Under the pieces are notes generated by a model, which ran no database searches, was not told the origin of the DNA, and saw only the letters and a list, made by a program, of their open reading frames with translations. From Candidatus Saccharimonadales bacterium (GTDB taxonomy: Bacteria; Patescibacteriota; Saccharimonadia; Saccharimonadales; UBA4665), in assembly GCA_038231175.1 (NCBI GenBank), contig JBBRLU010000001.1, positions 1 to 49,970 of the forward strand: DNA of 49,970 nt. Direction: 5' to 3'. Position 1 is the stretch's first letter, and every line of letters starts with the position of its first letter. Position numbers and translations under genes: made by a program. Below, piece after piece: positions 23,504 through 32,036 of this stretch.

Positions 23504-24286
23504 ATGGCGACCAACGTCGACATTAAAGATCTATTAGCGGCCGGAGCTCACTTCGGTCACAAAACTAGTCGCTGGCACCCCAAGATGGCACCGTTCATCC
23601 ACAGCAAGCGCAACGGGACGCACATTATCGACCTCACCAAGACGGTCACCAGCCTGGAAGCGGCGCTCAATTTTATCAGCGACACCACCGCTGCCGGCAA
23701 GCAGACCTTGATGGTCGGCACCAAACGCCAGGCCCAGGACATCATCAAAAAACTAGCCGAAGACACCGGTATGCCCTACGTCACCGAGCGTTGGCTCGGC
23801 GGCATGCTGACCAACTACAACACTATCGGTGGCCGCGTCAAGCACCTAAAGAGCCTGGAAGAGCGGATGGCTAACGGCGAACTGGCCGCCAAGTACAACA
23901 AGCTCGAGGTCCAGCGCTTCCAAGAAGAAATCGACGAACTCAATCGTTTATACGGCGGCATCAAGGACCTGGCCAGCAAGCTCGGCGCCGTCTTTATCGT
24001 CGACATCACCCACGACACCAACGCCGTCCGTGAAGCCAACAAGATGGGTACGCCGATCGTGGCCATCACCGACACCAACGCTGATCCGTCACAAGTAAAG
24101 TACCCGATTCCAGCCAACGACGACGCCATCAAGACCATCCAGCTGATTGCCGACTACGTCGCCGCCGCCGTCGCCGAAGGTAAGGCCAAGACCAAGAAGG
24201 TCGAGGACAAGACCGACGCCCCAGCACCTGCTAAAGCTAAAGCTCCAGCAGCCGATCCCGCACCAGCTCCCGCCGATAAAGCTTAA
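23504..24286 (+). CDS. rpsB: 30S ribosomal protein S2 with Ala/Pro/Lys-rich C-terminal tail
   Basis: LLAAGAHFGHKTSRWHPKM and TERWLGGMLTN. Confidence 0.95.
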   Translation: MATNVDIKDLLAAGAHFGHKTSRWHPKMAPFIHSKRNGTHIIDLTKTVTSLEAALNFISDTTAAGKQTLMVGTKRQAQDIIKKLAEDTGMPYVTERWLGGMLTNYNTIGGRVKHLKSLEERMANGELAAKYNKLEVQRFQEEIDELNRLYGGIKDLASKLGAVFIVDITHDTNAVREANKMGTPIVAITDTNADPSQVKYPIPANDDAIKTIQLIADYVAAAVAEGKAKTKKVEDKTDAPAPAKAKAPAADPAPAPADKA

Positions 24287-24323
24287 GCCCACTAACCCTC
24301 AATTAAACAAAAGGAGATCACCT

Positions 24324-24920
24324 ATGGCCGTAGATATCGAAACCATCAAGCGTCTTAAAGACCTGACCGGTGTCGGATTGACCGACGCCAAAGCCGCGCT
24401 CGATGAGAACGAAGGCGACTTTGACAAAGCTTTGCAAGCGATGCGCAAAAAAGGCCTGACCAAAGCCGACAAGCGCGGTGAGCGCGAAGCCCGGGCCGGG
24501 ACTATCGGCAGCTATAACCACGACAATCGCATCGGTGTCCTGGTAGAGGTTAACTGCGAGACCGATTTCGTCGCCCGTGGCGATATCTTTGCCGAACTGG
24601 TCAAGGACGTAGCTATGCACATCGCCGCTACCAGCCCGCAGTTCGTGACTATCGACGAAGTCCCAGCCGAAGAAGTCACCAAGACCAAGGCCGAATTCAG
24701 CGACAAAGCGATTGCCGATGGCAAGCCCGCCGGCATGGTCGACAAGATCGTCGAAGGCCAGCTCAAGAAGCACTTCGCCGAGCGCTGCCTGCTGGACCAA
24801 CCGTTCATCAAGAACCCCGACATCACCGTCGGCGAGCACGTCAAACAACAAGCTGCGCTGATGAACGAAAACGTCGTCGTCCGCCGCTTCAGCCGCCTCG
24901 CCCTTGGCGAATTAGCCTAA
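24324..24920 (+). CDS. tsf: Elongation factor Ts (short form, 198 aa)
   Basis: MAVDIETIKRLKDLTGVGLTDAKAALDENEGDFDKA and VEVNCETDFVAR. SD AAGGAG lies 7 nt upstream of the ATG at 24324. The ORF-track start at 24147 overlaps rpsB and is spurious. Confidence 0.93.
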   Translation: MAVDIETIKRLKDLTGVGLTDAKAALDENEGDFDKALQAMRKKGLTKADKRGEREARAGTIGSYNHDNRIGVLVEVNCETDFVARGDIFAELVKDVAMHIAATSPQFVTIDEVPAEEVTKTKAEFSDKAIADGKPAGMVDKIVEGQLKKHFAERCLLDQPFIKNPDITVGEHVKQQAALMNENVVVRRFSRLALGELA

Positions 24921-24940
24921 AATAGCTCTATAACTAAAAA

Positions 24941-24968
24941 ACAGCGGTAGCAATGACCGCTGTTTTTT
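24941..24968 (+). terminator. Rho-independent terminator after tsf
   Basis: ACAGCGGT-agcaatg-ACCGCTGT followed by TTTTT. Confidence 0.8.
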
Positions 24969-25000
24969 ATTACACTTACTAATATAACGAAAGGCTGTTC

Positions 25001-25564
25001 ATGAATCCCAACGACATTATCACCCGCGCCCAGACCAAGTTTAACCAGGCCCTAGAGCATTTTCAGAACGACCTTAAAAGCCTAAGGACGGGTCGAGCCA
25101 GCGCCGCCATGCTCGACGGCGTCGTCGCCGAAGCCTATGGCGCGCCGATGCCGCTCAACCAGCTAGCAACCATTACGACGCCTGAAGCCCAGCTGATCCA
25201 AGTGGCGCCTTTCGACATTGCTAACTTGCAGGCTATCGTCACCTCCATTCGTAACAATCAGAATTTGGGTTTAAATCCGACCGACGACGGCCGTGTTATT
25301 CGTCTCCAAATTCCGGCTTTGACCGAAGACCGCCGCCGCGATATCGTTAAACAACTCAGTCAAAAACAGGAAGACGGCATGGTCCGTCTACGGGCTGCCC
25401 GGAAAGATGCCAACGACGAGATTGCTAAGGCCAAGAAGGATAAAGACGTCGGTGAGGACGACGCTAAGCGCCTCGAAAAGCAGATTGATGACGCGCTTGC
25501 TAAATCGCGTGGCGACATCGAAGCTGCCGCCGGCGCCAAAGAGCGCGAACTGATGTCGCTGTAG
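25001..25564 (+). CDS. frr: Ribosome recycling factor
   Basis: 187 aa; LRTGRASAAMLDGV... and IPALTEDRRRDIVK, typical of RRF. Confidence 0.93.
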   Translation: MNPNDIITRAQTKFNQALEHFQNDLKSLRTGRASAAMLDGVVAEAYGAPMPLNQLATITTPEAQLIQVAPFDIANLQAIVTSIRNNQNLGLNPTDDGRVIRLQIPALTEDRRRDIVKQLSQKQEDGMVRLRAARKDANDEIAKAKKDKDVGEDDAKRLEKQIDDALAKSRGDIEAAAGAKERELMSL

Positions 25565-25569
25565 GAAAA

Positions 25570-25779
25570 TTACTGACCGTTGTTGAGTGTTGGCGTCGGT
25601 ACATTTACATTGATATTTGTACTTTTGCCCTTAGCAAATGGGTGATACACAACAACCCAGAAAACTACTAAGGCAACAATGACTAGAAACAGCAGAACGG
25701 CCAGTGAACCGCCACGGCGGCGCTCTTTTACGACCACTGGCTCGTTTACGGTTTGGCGATCATCGATACTGTCTGACAT
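25570..25779 (-). CDS. Small single-pass membrane protein (69 aa), unknown function
   Basis: MSDSIDDRQ...RRRGGSLAVLLFLVIVALVVFWVVVY... Strong SD (AAGGAG) upstream of the ATG. The rest of the 173-aa ORF call runs antisense to rseP. Confidence 0.55.
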   Translation of the reverse strand: MSDSIDDRQTVNEPVVVKERRRGGSLAVLLFLVIVALVVFWVVVYHPFAKGKSTNINVNVPTPTLNNGQ

Positions 25780-25847
25780 GGTAGGACTCCTTATACTGCT
25801 TATAATCCGAATGTACGCCCATAATGACAGCGGGGCTGTAAGAATTT

Positions 25848-25856
25848 TGGTACAAT
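25848..25856 (+). promoter_or_regulatory. rseP extended -10 (TGGTACAAT), 8 nt from the ATG
   Basis: TGGTACAAT at 25848-25856, ATG at 25865, no SD. Confidence 0.45.
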
Positions 25857-25864
25857 AGACTGAC

Positions 25865-27022
25865 ATGTCTGTTTTGTTACTAATTATCGGGCTAATCCTA
25901 TTTGTCGGATTAGTCGTCATCCACGAGTTCGGCCACTTCATCGCTGCTCGCCGCGGCGGTGTCGAAGTCGAAGAGTTCGGTATCTTTTTCCCGCCGCGGC
26001 TCTTCAAATATAAGACCAAGGGTGGTTGGCTGTTTACCATCAACCTATTGCCACTCGGCGGTTTCGTGAAGCTCAAGGGTGAGCACGACACCGATACCGA
26101 GAAAGGCAGCTACGGTGCCGCCAGCCTGAAGACCAAGACTAAGATCATGGCCGCCGGTGTTTTAATGAACCTGGTGGTGGCCCTGGTCTTATTGACGTTC
26201 CTAGCCTTGATCGGTTTGCCGAAGCTGATCGACAATCAGTTTACCGTCAAAAGTGACACCAAAATTTCGCGCCAAGAAGTCTTATTACGCTTCATCGAGC
26301 CTGGTAGCCCGGCTGCTAAGGCCGGCCTGGTAGCCCAGGATCGCTTAGTGTCGGTGCAGGGAACGGCCATCAGGACGCCGAAGCAACTACACGACCTCAC
26401 GACTGCCAATCCTGGTAAGACCGTCACGATCCGTTACACGCACGATGGTCAGACCCGCGACGTCAAGACCACACTGAGGACTGAAGCCCTAGTCAGAGCC
26501 AGTCAAAAAACTGATAATCCGAAGGGTTATCTGGGTGTCGAGCCAGTCGCTTTCTCGCTGCAGCGCTCTACCTGGTCGGCGCCGATCGTGGCCGTCGGCT
26601 TCAGTGCCCAAATTACGAAGTTAACCCTCCAAGGACTCGGTCATGCCGTCGGTGGCTTAGGCAGCTTGATCGCCGGCACTGTCACCGGTAACACCACCGC
26701 CCGGCGCCACGGCCAAGCCTCGGCCAGCAGTCAGGTTTCCGGTCCCGTCGGCATCTTCTTCGTCCTCAAGACCGGTAGCCTGCTCGGCTTTCAGTTTATG
26801 CTGTTGATCATCGCCATCATCTCGCTGACGCTGGCCATCATGAACATCTTACCGATCCCAGCCCTCGATGGCGGCCGGCTGTGGTTGACCCTGATCTCCC
26901 GGGGTGTCTTTAAAACGCCACTCAGCGCCCACCGCGAGGAAGTCATTAACGGCACCGGCTTCGTAACGCTGCTATTACTCATCGCCGTCATTACCTTTGT
27001 CGACGTTAAGCGCTTCTTCTGA
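25865..27022 (+). CDS. rseP: RseP-type site-2 protease (M50 zinc metalloprotease) with PDZ domain
   Basis: HEFGHFIAAR (HExxH), a PDZ segment (GSPAAKAGL), and NILPIPALDGG (the LDG motif). Confidence 0.92.
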   Translation: MSVLLLIIGLILFVGLVVIHEFGHFIAARRGGVEVEEFGIFFPPRLFKYKTKGGWLFTINLLPLGGFVKLKGEHDTDTEKGSYGAASLKTKTKIMAAGVLMNLVVALVLLTFLALIGLPKLIDNQFTVKSDTKISRQEVLLRFIEPGSPAAKAGLVAQDRLVSVQGTAIRTPKQLHDLTTANPGKTVTIRYTHDGQTRDVKTTLRTEALVRASQKTDNPKGYLGVEPVAFSLQRSTWSAPIVAVGFSAQITKLTLQGLGHAVGGLGSLIAGTVTGNTTARRHGQASASSQVSGPVGIFFVLKTGSLLGFQFMLLIIAIISLTLAIMNILPIPALDGGRLWLTLISRGVFKTPLSAHREEVINGTGFVTLLLLIAVITFVDVKRFF

Positions 27023-27816
27023 TGCCACCAGTTTCTCGGGCCATGATACCGGACACTACCGCCAATAAGACGCTACACCGCGTACCATGGCCGATCGCGC
27101 TCGGCCTATTCTTTGTGATCGCTATCTTCTTCATGTCACAGCTGGTCGGTGGTCTGGTGGCTTCGATTTATCCGCTTATCAAGCATTGGACCAAGTTACA
27201 GACGACTAACTGGCTAGCCAGTTCGGTCTTGGCGCAGTTTATCTACGTGCTGGTGGCCGAACTGACCGTGATCGCCGCCGTTTACTGGTTCTTGAAGCTG
27301 TATAAGCGTGGCTGGGGTGCCATCGGGCTGCATAAGCCACAGTGGCGTGATGCCGCCTACGGCCTGGCCGCCGTCATCCCGTATTATATTTTTTTCTTAA
27401 TCACCGTCAGTATCGCCAGTAAACTGATTCCCGGGCTCAATGTGACGCAGCAACAGGAGATCGGCTTCACTAACGTCCACGGCAGCCTAGCGCTGGCCCT
27501 GACCTTTATCAGCTTGGCCATCCTGCCGCCGCTGACCGAGGAAATCCTGGTACGGGGCTTCTTATATACGACCTTCAGGAAAGGCCTACCGATTCTGTGG
27601 GCGGCCATCCTGACGAGTCTGGTGTTCGCTTCGGCTCACTTGCCGGAAGGTGGTGCCGCCGGACCGCTCTACATCGCGGCTATCGACACCTTTATCTTGT
27701 CGATGGTACTGGTCTATCTCCGTGAGAAAACCAGCAACCTGTGGGCCGGAATCACGCTGCACGCCATTAAGAACGGTGTCGCTTTCTGCGCGCTGTTCAT
27801 CTTCCACATGTCGTAA
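27022..27816 (+). CDS. CPBP-family (CAAX/Abi-type) intramembrane glutamic protease
   Basis: PLTEEILVRGF (EExxxR), FASAHL, HAIKNG. The ATG overlaps the rseP TGA by 1 nt (TGATG). Confidence 0.85.
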   Translation: MPPVSRAMIPDTTANKTLHRVPWPIALGLFFVIAIFFMSQLVGGLVASIYPLIKHWTKLQTTNWLASSVLAQFIYVLVAELTVIAAVYWFLKLYKRGWGAIGLHKPQWRDAAYGLAAVIPYYIFFLITVSIASKLIPGLNVTQQQEIGFTNVHGSLALALTFISLAILPPLTEEILVRGFLYTTFRKGLPILWAAILTSLVFASAHLPEGGAAGPLYIAAIDTFILSMVLVYLREKTSNLWAGITLHAIKNGVAFCALFIFHMS

Positions 27817-27843
27817 CAGGGTGTCTTAGCAGCCTGAATAGGG

Positions 27844-27849
27844 TACAAT
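27844..27849 (+). promoter_or_regulatory. proS -10 element (TACAAT), 9 nt from the ATG
   Basis: GGGTACAATaaacggattATG. No SD and no clear -35. Confidence 0.3.
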
Positions 27850-27858
27850 AAACGGATT

Positions 27859-29127
27859 ATGAGACTATCCCGATTATTTACCAGCACTACTAAGAACGTC
27901 CCGGCCGACGAGACCGCCAAGAACGCCCAACTACTCATCCAAGCCGGCTTTATCCACAAAGAAATGGCCGGCGTTTACGCCTACTTGCCGCTCGGCCTGA
28001 AAGTGTTAGAAAACATCAAAACCATCGTCCGCGAGGAGATGAACGCTCTCAATTCCAACGAACTGATTATGACCAGCTTGCAGCGCAAAGAGCTGTGGGA
28101 AACCACTGGTCGCTGGGATGACGCCACGGTCGACGTCTGGTTTAAGAGCCAGCTCAAGAATGGTACTGCCGTCGGTTTCGGTTGGTCGCACGAAGAACCG
28201 ATTACTAACATGATGAAAAATTATGTCACCAGTTACCGTAACCTGCCGGCCAGCGTCTACCAGTTCCAAACTAAGCTGCGTAACGAACTACGAGCCAAGA
28301 GCGGGATTATGCGCGGCCGGGAGTTCGTCATGAAAGACATGTACATTTACGCCCGCTCGCAAGCCGAAAATGAAAAGCTGTATAACCAGGCCATGGCCGC
28401 CTACCTGCGGGTATTTGAGCGTGTCGGCCTGGGCGACATAACCTTCGTAACTTCAGCTTCTGGCGGCGCTTTCACTAAGTACAGCCACGAATTTCAAACT
28501 ATTACAGAAGCTGGCGAGGATATCATTTATGTTAATCGTGACAAAAAGCTAGCTATTAACGAAGAGGTCTACAACGACGAGGCCCTGGCCGAACTAGGCA
28601 TAGAAAAAGCCGGTCTAGAGAAGGTCAAAGCCGCCGAGGTTGGCAATATCTTTAATTTTGGTACTGAAAAAAGTGAGCAAATGGACTTCAGATATGACGA
28701 TGAGAACGGCGAAAAGCAGTTCGTCCACCTCAGTTCTTACGGTATCGGTATTACGCGCTTGATGGGTGTCGTCGCCGAAGTCTTTGCCGATGACAAGGGC
28801 CTGGTCTGGCCCGAGAATATCGCCCCCGCCAAAGTCTATTTGGCTCGGCTTGGTGACAGTACCGCCACCGTGGCGGCGGCTGACGACCTATACAATCGCT
28901 TGACTGCGGCCGGCACTAGTGTACTATATGATGACCGCGATATTCGTCCCGGCCAAAAGTTCGGCGACGCCGATTTGATGGGTATCCCGTACCGGGTAGT
29001 AATCAGCGACAAAACGGTCGCCGCCAAAACAGTTGAACTCAAGGCCCGCAGCGCTGCCGAAGCCAGCTTAGTCGACCTCGCCAAACTGGCCGAAACGCTA
29101 GGTATTCCGGCCTCGACATTGCTATAA
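27859..29127 (+). CDS. proS: Prolyl-tRNA synthetase, bacterial type lacking the INS editing domain (422 aa)
   Basis: N-terminus MRLSRLFTSTTKNVPADETAKNAQLLIQAGFI..GVYAYLPLG. Class II motif 2 region FQTKLRNELRAKSGIMRGREFVMKD. The length is too short for the ~180-aa insertion domain. Confidence 0.9.
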   Translation: MRLSRLFTSTTKNVPADETAKNAQLLIQAGFIHKEMAGVYAYLPLGLKVLENIKTIVREEMNALNSNELIMTSLQRKELWETTGRWDDATVDVWFKSQLKNGTAVGFGWSHEEPITNMMKNYVTSYRNLPASVYQFQTKLRNELRAKSGIMRGREFVMKDMYIYARSQAENEKLYNQAMAAYLRVFERVGLGDITFVTSASGGAFTKYSHEFQTITEAGEDIIYVNRDKKLAINEEVYNDEALAELGIEKAGLEKVKAAEVGNIFNFGTEKSEQMDFRYDDENGEKQFVHLSSYGIGITRLMGVVAEVFADDKGLVWPENIAPAKVYLARLGDSTATVAAADDLYNRLTAAGTSVLYDDRDIRPGQKFGDADLMGIPYRVVISDKTVAAKTVELKARSAAEASLVDLAKLAETLGIPASTLL

Positions 29128-29188
29128 TAGCGGTATCTTATCCCAGTCCAGAACAGTCCGGTTGATTTTTTAAGGAGGAATTACATAT

Positions 29189-29647
29189 ATGAAGAAGTTG
29201 TTTAAATTGACCCAATCCGGTGTTGATGAATTGCAGGCCGAACACGACGCTGCCGTAACCAAGCGCCCAACCATCGCCGAATCCATACGCAGTGCCCGCG
29301 AACTCGGTGACTTAGCCGAAAACTCCGAGTACCAGACGGCTCGGGCCGACCAAGATCGCAACGAGGGCCGCATCAGTGAGCTCAATAACATCTTGCAGAG
29401 CGTCGAAATTATCGAAAAGCCCAAGAGCGGTTCTAAAGTCCAGCTCGGTTCCAAAGTAACGCTCAAGGGCGCTAAAGCCAACAAAGAGTTCCAGGTTGTG
29501 GGAACCGTCGAAGCCGATCCGTTAGAAGGCAAGATTTCTGACGAGTCACCGATCGGCAAAGCGCTGTTAGGTAAGAAAGTCGGCGACAACGTCGAGATCA
29601 AGACCCCGGCCGAAACCGTTACTTACGAACTTATAGCCATCAACTAG
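29189..29647 (+). CDS. greA: Transcription elongation factor GreA
   Basis: ARELGDLAENSEYQTAR. 152 aa. SD AAGGAGG. Confidence 0.93.
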   Translation: MKKLFKLTQSGVDELQAEHDAAVTKRPTIAESIRSARELGDLAENSEYQTARADQDRNEGRISELNNILQSVEIIEKPKSGSKVQLGSKVTLKGAKANKEFQVVGTVEADPLEGKISDESPIGKALLGKKVGDNVEIKTPAETVTYELIAIN

Positions 29648-29649
29648 CC

Positions 29650-31158
29650 ATGGCGACGCTGAAAGAGCTCCGCGACGAACGACTCCGCAAATTGGCGGAC
29701 CTGAAAGTCCTGGGCGTCAATCCATACCCGGCCAAAGCCGATCGCAGCCACAAAGAGCTAGCCGTCAAAACAGATTTTGAACAGCTCCAAGGTAAGGTCG
29801 TCACAGTACTAGGCCGCATCATGAGCATCCGAAAATTCGGCAAAATCGCCTTCGTCGTCATAGAAGACGATAGTGATAGCTTACAGCTCTTTTGGAAGCA
29901 CGACGAGGCTGCTACAGCTGACCGCGCCAACAGCGAGCTGCTATTAAGTAATATCGCACTGCTAGACCAAGGTGACTTTATCGAAGCCACGGGCGAGGTT
30001 ATCAAGACTCAAACTGGCGAAGAGTCGGTGCAGGTCACAAAGATGCGCCTGCTCACCAAATCATTACGACCGATGCCGACCCGCCAAGAAGGCTTTACTA
30101 ATAAGGAAGAGCGCCTACGCCGCCGTTACGTCGATATGAACGTCAACCTAGATGTCCGACAGCGCTTTGTCCGCCGCAGTAAATTCTGGCAAGCCACCCG
30201 CGATTTCCTGAATCATAACGATTTCATAGAAGTTAACGTACCGGTTCTCGAGCACACCACCGGCGGCGCCGATGCCAACCCTTTCGTGACGCACATGGAC
30301 GCCCTGAACCAAGACTTTTACCTCAGAATCAGCCACGAGCTACCATTGAAGCGCTTACTTGGGGCTGGCTTCGAAAAAGTCTATGACATCGGTCCGCGTT
30401 TCCGGAACGAAAACTACAGTGATGAACATCTGCCGGAACACGTTGCCATGGAATGGTATTGGGCATACGCCGACTGGCGCGATGGTCTGAACTTTATGAC
30501 CGATCTATACCGCCACGTCATGCAGACAACCTTCGGTACGTTGCAGTTTAAGCTTGGCAAGTTCGACGTCGATCTAACCAAAGACTGGGAGGAATTAGAC
30601 TATGTTCAAACTATTCAGGATCGCTACGGTATTGATCCCCTTAATTGTACGCTGGAAGAAGTCCAGCAGGCGCTCAAGGCCAATAAGCTAGAGGTTGAAA
30701 AGACCGAAAACATCCCCCGTGGTATCGATAAACTATGGAAAAATATCCGCAAGGATGTGGTCGGCCCGGCCTGGTTGGTTAACACGCCGCTATTTATCAG
30801 CCCGCTAGCTAAGACCAACCCCGATCGTCCGGAAACCACCCAGCGCTTCCAAGCCGTGGTAGCCGGCAGCGAACTGTGCAACGGCTTTAGCGAGCTCAAT
30901 GACCCGCAGGAACAGCTGCAGCGGTTTGTCGAGCAACAACAGATGCGCGACGCCGGCGACGACGAAGCCATGATGCTCGACATCGATTTTATCGAAATGC
31001 TGGAATACGGCATGCCGCCTGCCTGCGGCCTGGGCTTTTCAGAGCGTGTCTTTTGGATTTTTGAAGGCGTCACCGCCCGCGAAGGCGTGCCGTTCCCGCA
31101 GCTGCGCAGCGAAATTGACGACACCACCAAAACAATCTACCCAGATCTGAAACTGTAG
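29650..31158 (+). CDS. lysS: Lysyl-tRNA synthetase, class II
   Basis: OB-fold N-domain (GRIMSIRKFGKIAFVVIED), RRRYVDM, motif 2 region FRNE, and motif 3 region GLGFSERV. Confidence 0.93.
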   Translation: MATLKELRDERLRKLADLKVLGVNPYPAKADRSHKELAVKTDFEQLQGKVVTVLGRIMSIRKFGKIAFVVIEDDSDSLQLFWKHDEAATADRANSELLLSNIALLDQGDFIEATGEVIKTQTGEESVQVTKMRLLTKSLRPMPTRQEGFTNKEERLRRRYVDMNVNLDVRQRFVRRSKFWQATRDFLNHNDFIEVNVPVLEHTTGGADANPFVTHMDALNQDFYLRISHELPLKRLLGAGFEKVYDIGPRFRNENYSDEHLPEHVAMEWYWAYADWRDGLNFMTDLYRHVMQTTFGTLQFKLGKFDVDLTKDWEELDYVQTIQDRYGIDPLNCTLEEVQQALKANKLEVEKTENIPRGIDKLWKNIRKDVVGPAWLVNTPLFISPLAKTNPDRPETTQRFQAVVAGSELCNGFSELNDPQEQLQRFVEQQQMRDAGDDEAMMLDIDFIEMLEYGMPPACGLGFSERVFWIFEGVTAREGVPFPQLRSEIDDTTKTIYPDLKL

Positions 31159-31167
31159 GAAAAAATT

Positions 31168-31665
31168 GTGACCGGCGCCGAACTTTCACTAGCACCATCC
31201 AGTGTCCGCGATAGGTTCCTTGACCTCGCTGCCTTAGTCTGTCGCCAAGAATATATGTCTATGACGTCGACTGATAGCAGTCGGACCCACGTTTGGACTC
31301 CGGCAACCCAGACCGCCTTCAGCGAACCGGTAAAACTCAGTCAAATTGATTGGACGTCGCATCCGCAGTGGAATAATCAATTCAGTGTCATCGCAGCCGA
31401 ATTTAGTCTTCTAGGCGTTACCGATATGTCAATTTACGTCAGCCGTAATTTTCGCGATCACGACAAGTTCGACGACACGCTGAACAATGACGGATTAGCC
31501 ATTCTCGCGCTAAATGCTTTTGAGAGATCATTTCTAGCACACCGCCACCAGGCCTGCTTAGACGCGGTCGAGGCTAAAAAAGTCGAAGCCGCAGCCGAAC
31601 TAGCTCGTAACTCAGCCCCGAAAGAACCGATCAGAATTACCGATAACCGCCGGATCAGCCTCTAA
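31168..31665 (+). CDS. Hypothetical protein (165 aa from GTG; alternative ATG at 31255)
   Basis: The ORF begins 9 nt after the lysS stop. Its TAA overlaps the next ATG (TAATG). No family recognised. Confidence 0.5.
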   Translation: MTGAELSLAPSSVRDRFLDLAALVCRQEYMSMTSTDSSRTHVWTPATQTAFSEPVKLSQIDWTSHPQWNNQFSVIAAEFSLLGVTDMSIYVSRNFRDHDKFDDTLNNDGLAILALNAFERSFLAHRHQACLDAVEAKKVEAAAELARNSAPKEPIRITDNRRISL

Positions 31666-32033
31666 TGGTCGTTAGTCAGGATCAGTTTGCTGGCTTCATA
31701 ACCCAGGCCCACGATAGCCTGCCGGGCGAGCACGCCAGTAGTCTGAAAAACGTCGCCATCGTCTGGCAGGACGAGCCGACCCCCGAGCAACGGGTCCAAT
31801 TAGAGCTGCGTAACGACCAGACGCTGCTAGGCTTATACGAAGGCGTCCCGCTCAGCGCCAGGCAAGGGCATACTAATCTGATGCCCGATAAGATCACGCT
31901 CTTCAAGGGGCCGCTAGAACGCCAAAGCCCGACCCTGATCGCCCTGAAAGAGCAGATCAGACATACGCTATGGCATGAGATCGGCCATTATTACGGCCTC
32001 GACCACGATCGCATCCGTGAGCTGGAGCGGTAA
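31665..32033 (+). CDS. Minimal zincin-like metallopeptidase family protein (Zincin_1/DUF1025-like), 122 aa
   Basis: C-terminal HEXXH in the family-typical context: ITLFKGPLERQ...IRHTLWHEIGHYYGLDHDRIRELE. Confidence 0.75.
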   Translation: MVVSQDQFAGFITQAHDSLPGEHASSLKNVAIVWQDEPTPEQRVQLELRNDQTLLGLYEGVPLSARQGHTNLMPDKITLFKGPLERQSPTLIALKEQIRHTLWHEIGHYYGLDHDRIRELER

Positions 32034-32036
32034 CGT

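Noticed and set aside
24147-24323. N-terminal ORF extensions in the ORF track: tsf from 24147, M16 from 40900, prfB from 42248, pyrG from 47646, methyltransferase from 33541, CHAP gene from 45201, serS from 36436, rpmE to 21776, antitoxin from 18736.
   Set aside because: In each case the extension overlaps the preceding gene or a promoter, encodes low-complexity sequence, and a downstream start reproduces the conserved family N-terminus with an SD or a leaderless-type -10.
25780-26091. Upstream part of the 173-aa - strand ORF overlapping rseP.
   Set aside because: It runs antisense to a strongly supported M50 protease gene. An internal ATG with a consensus AAGGAG gives a sensible 69-aa membrane protein confined to the intergenic space.
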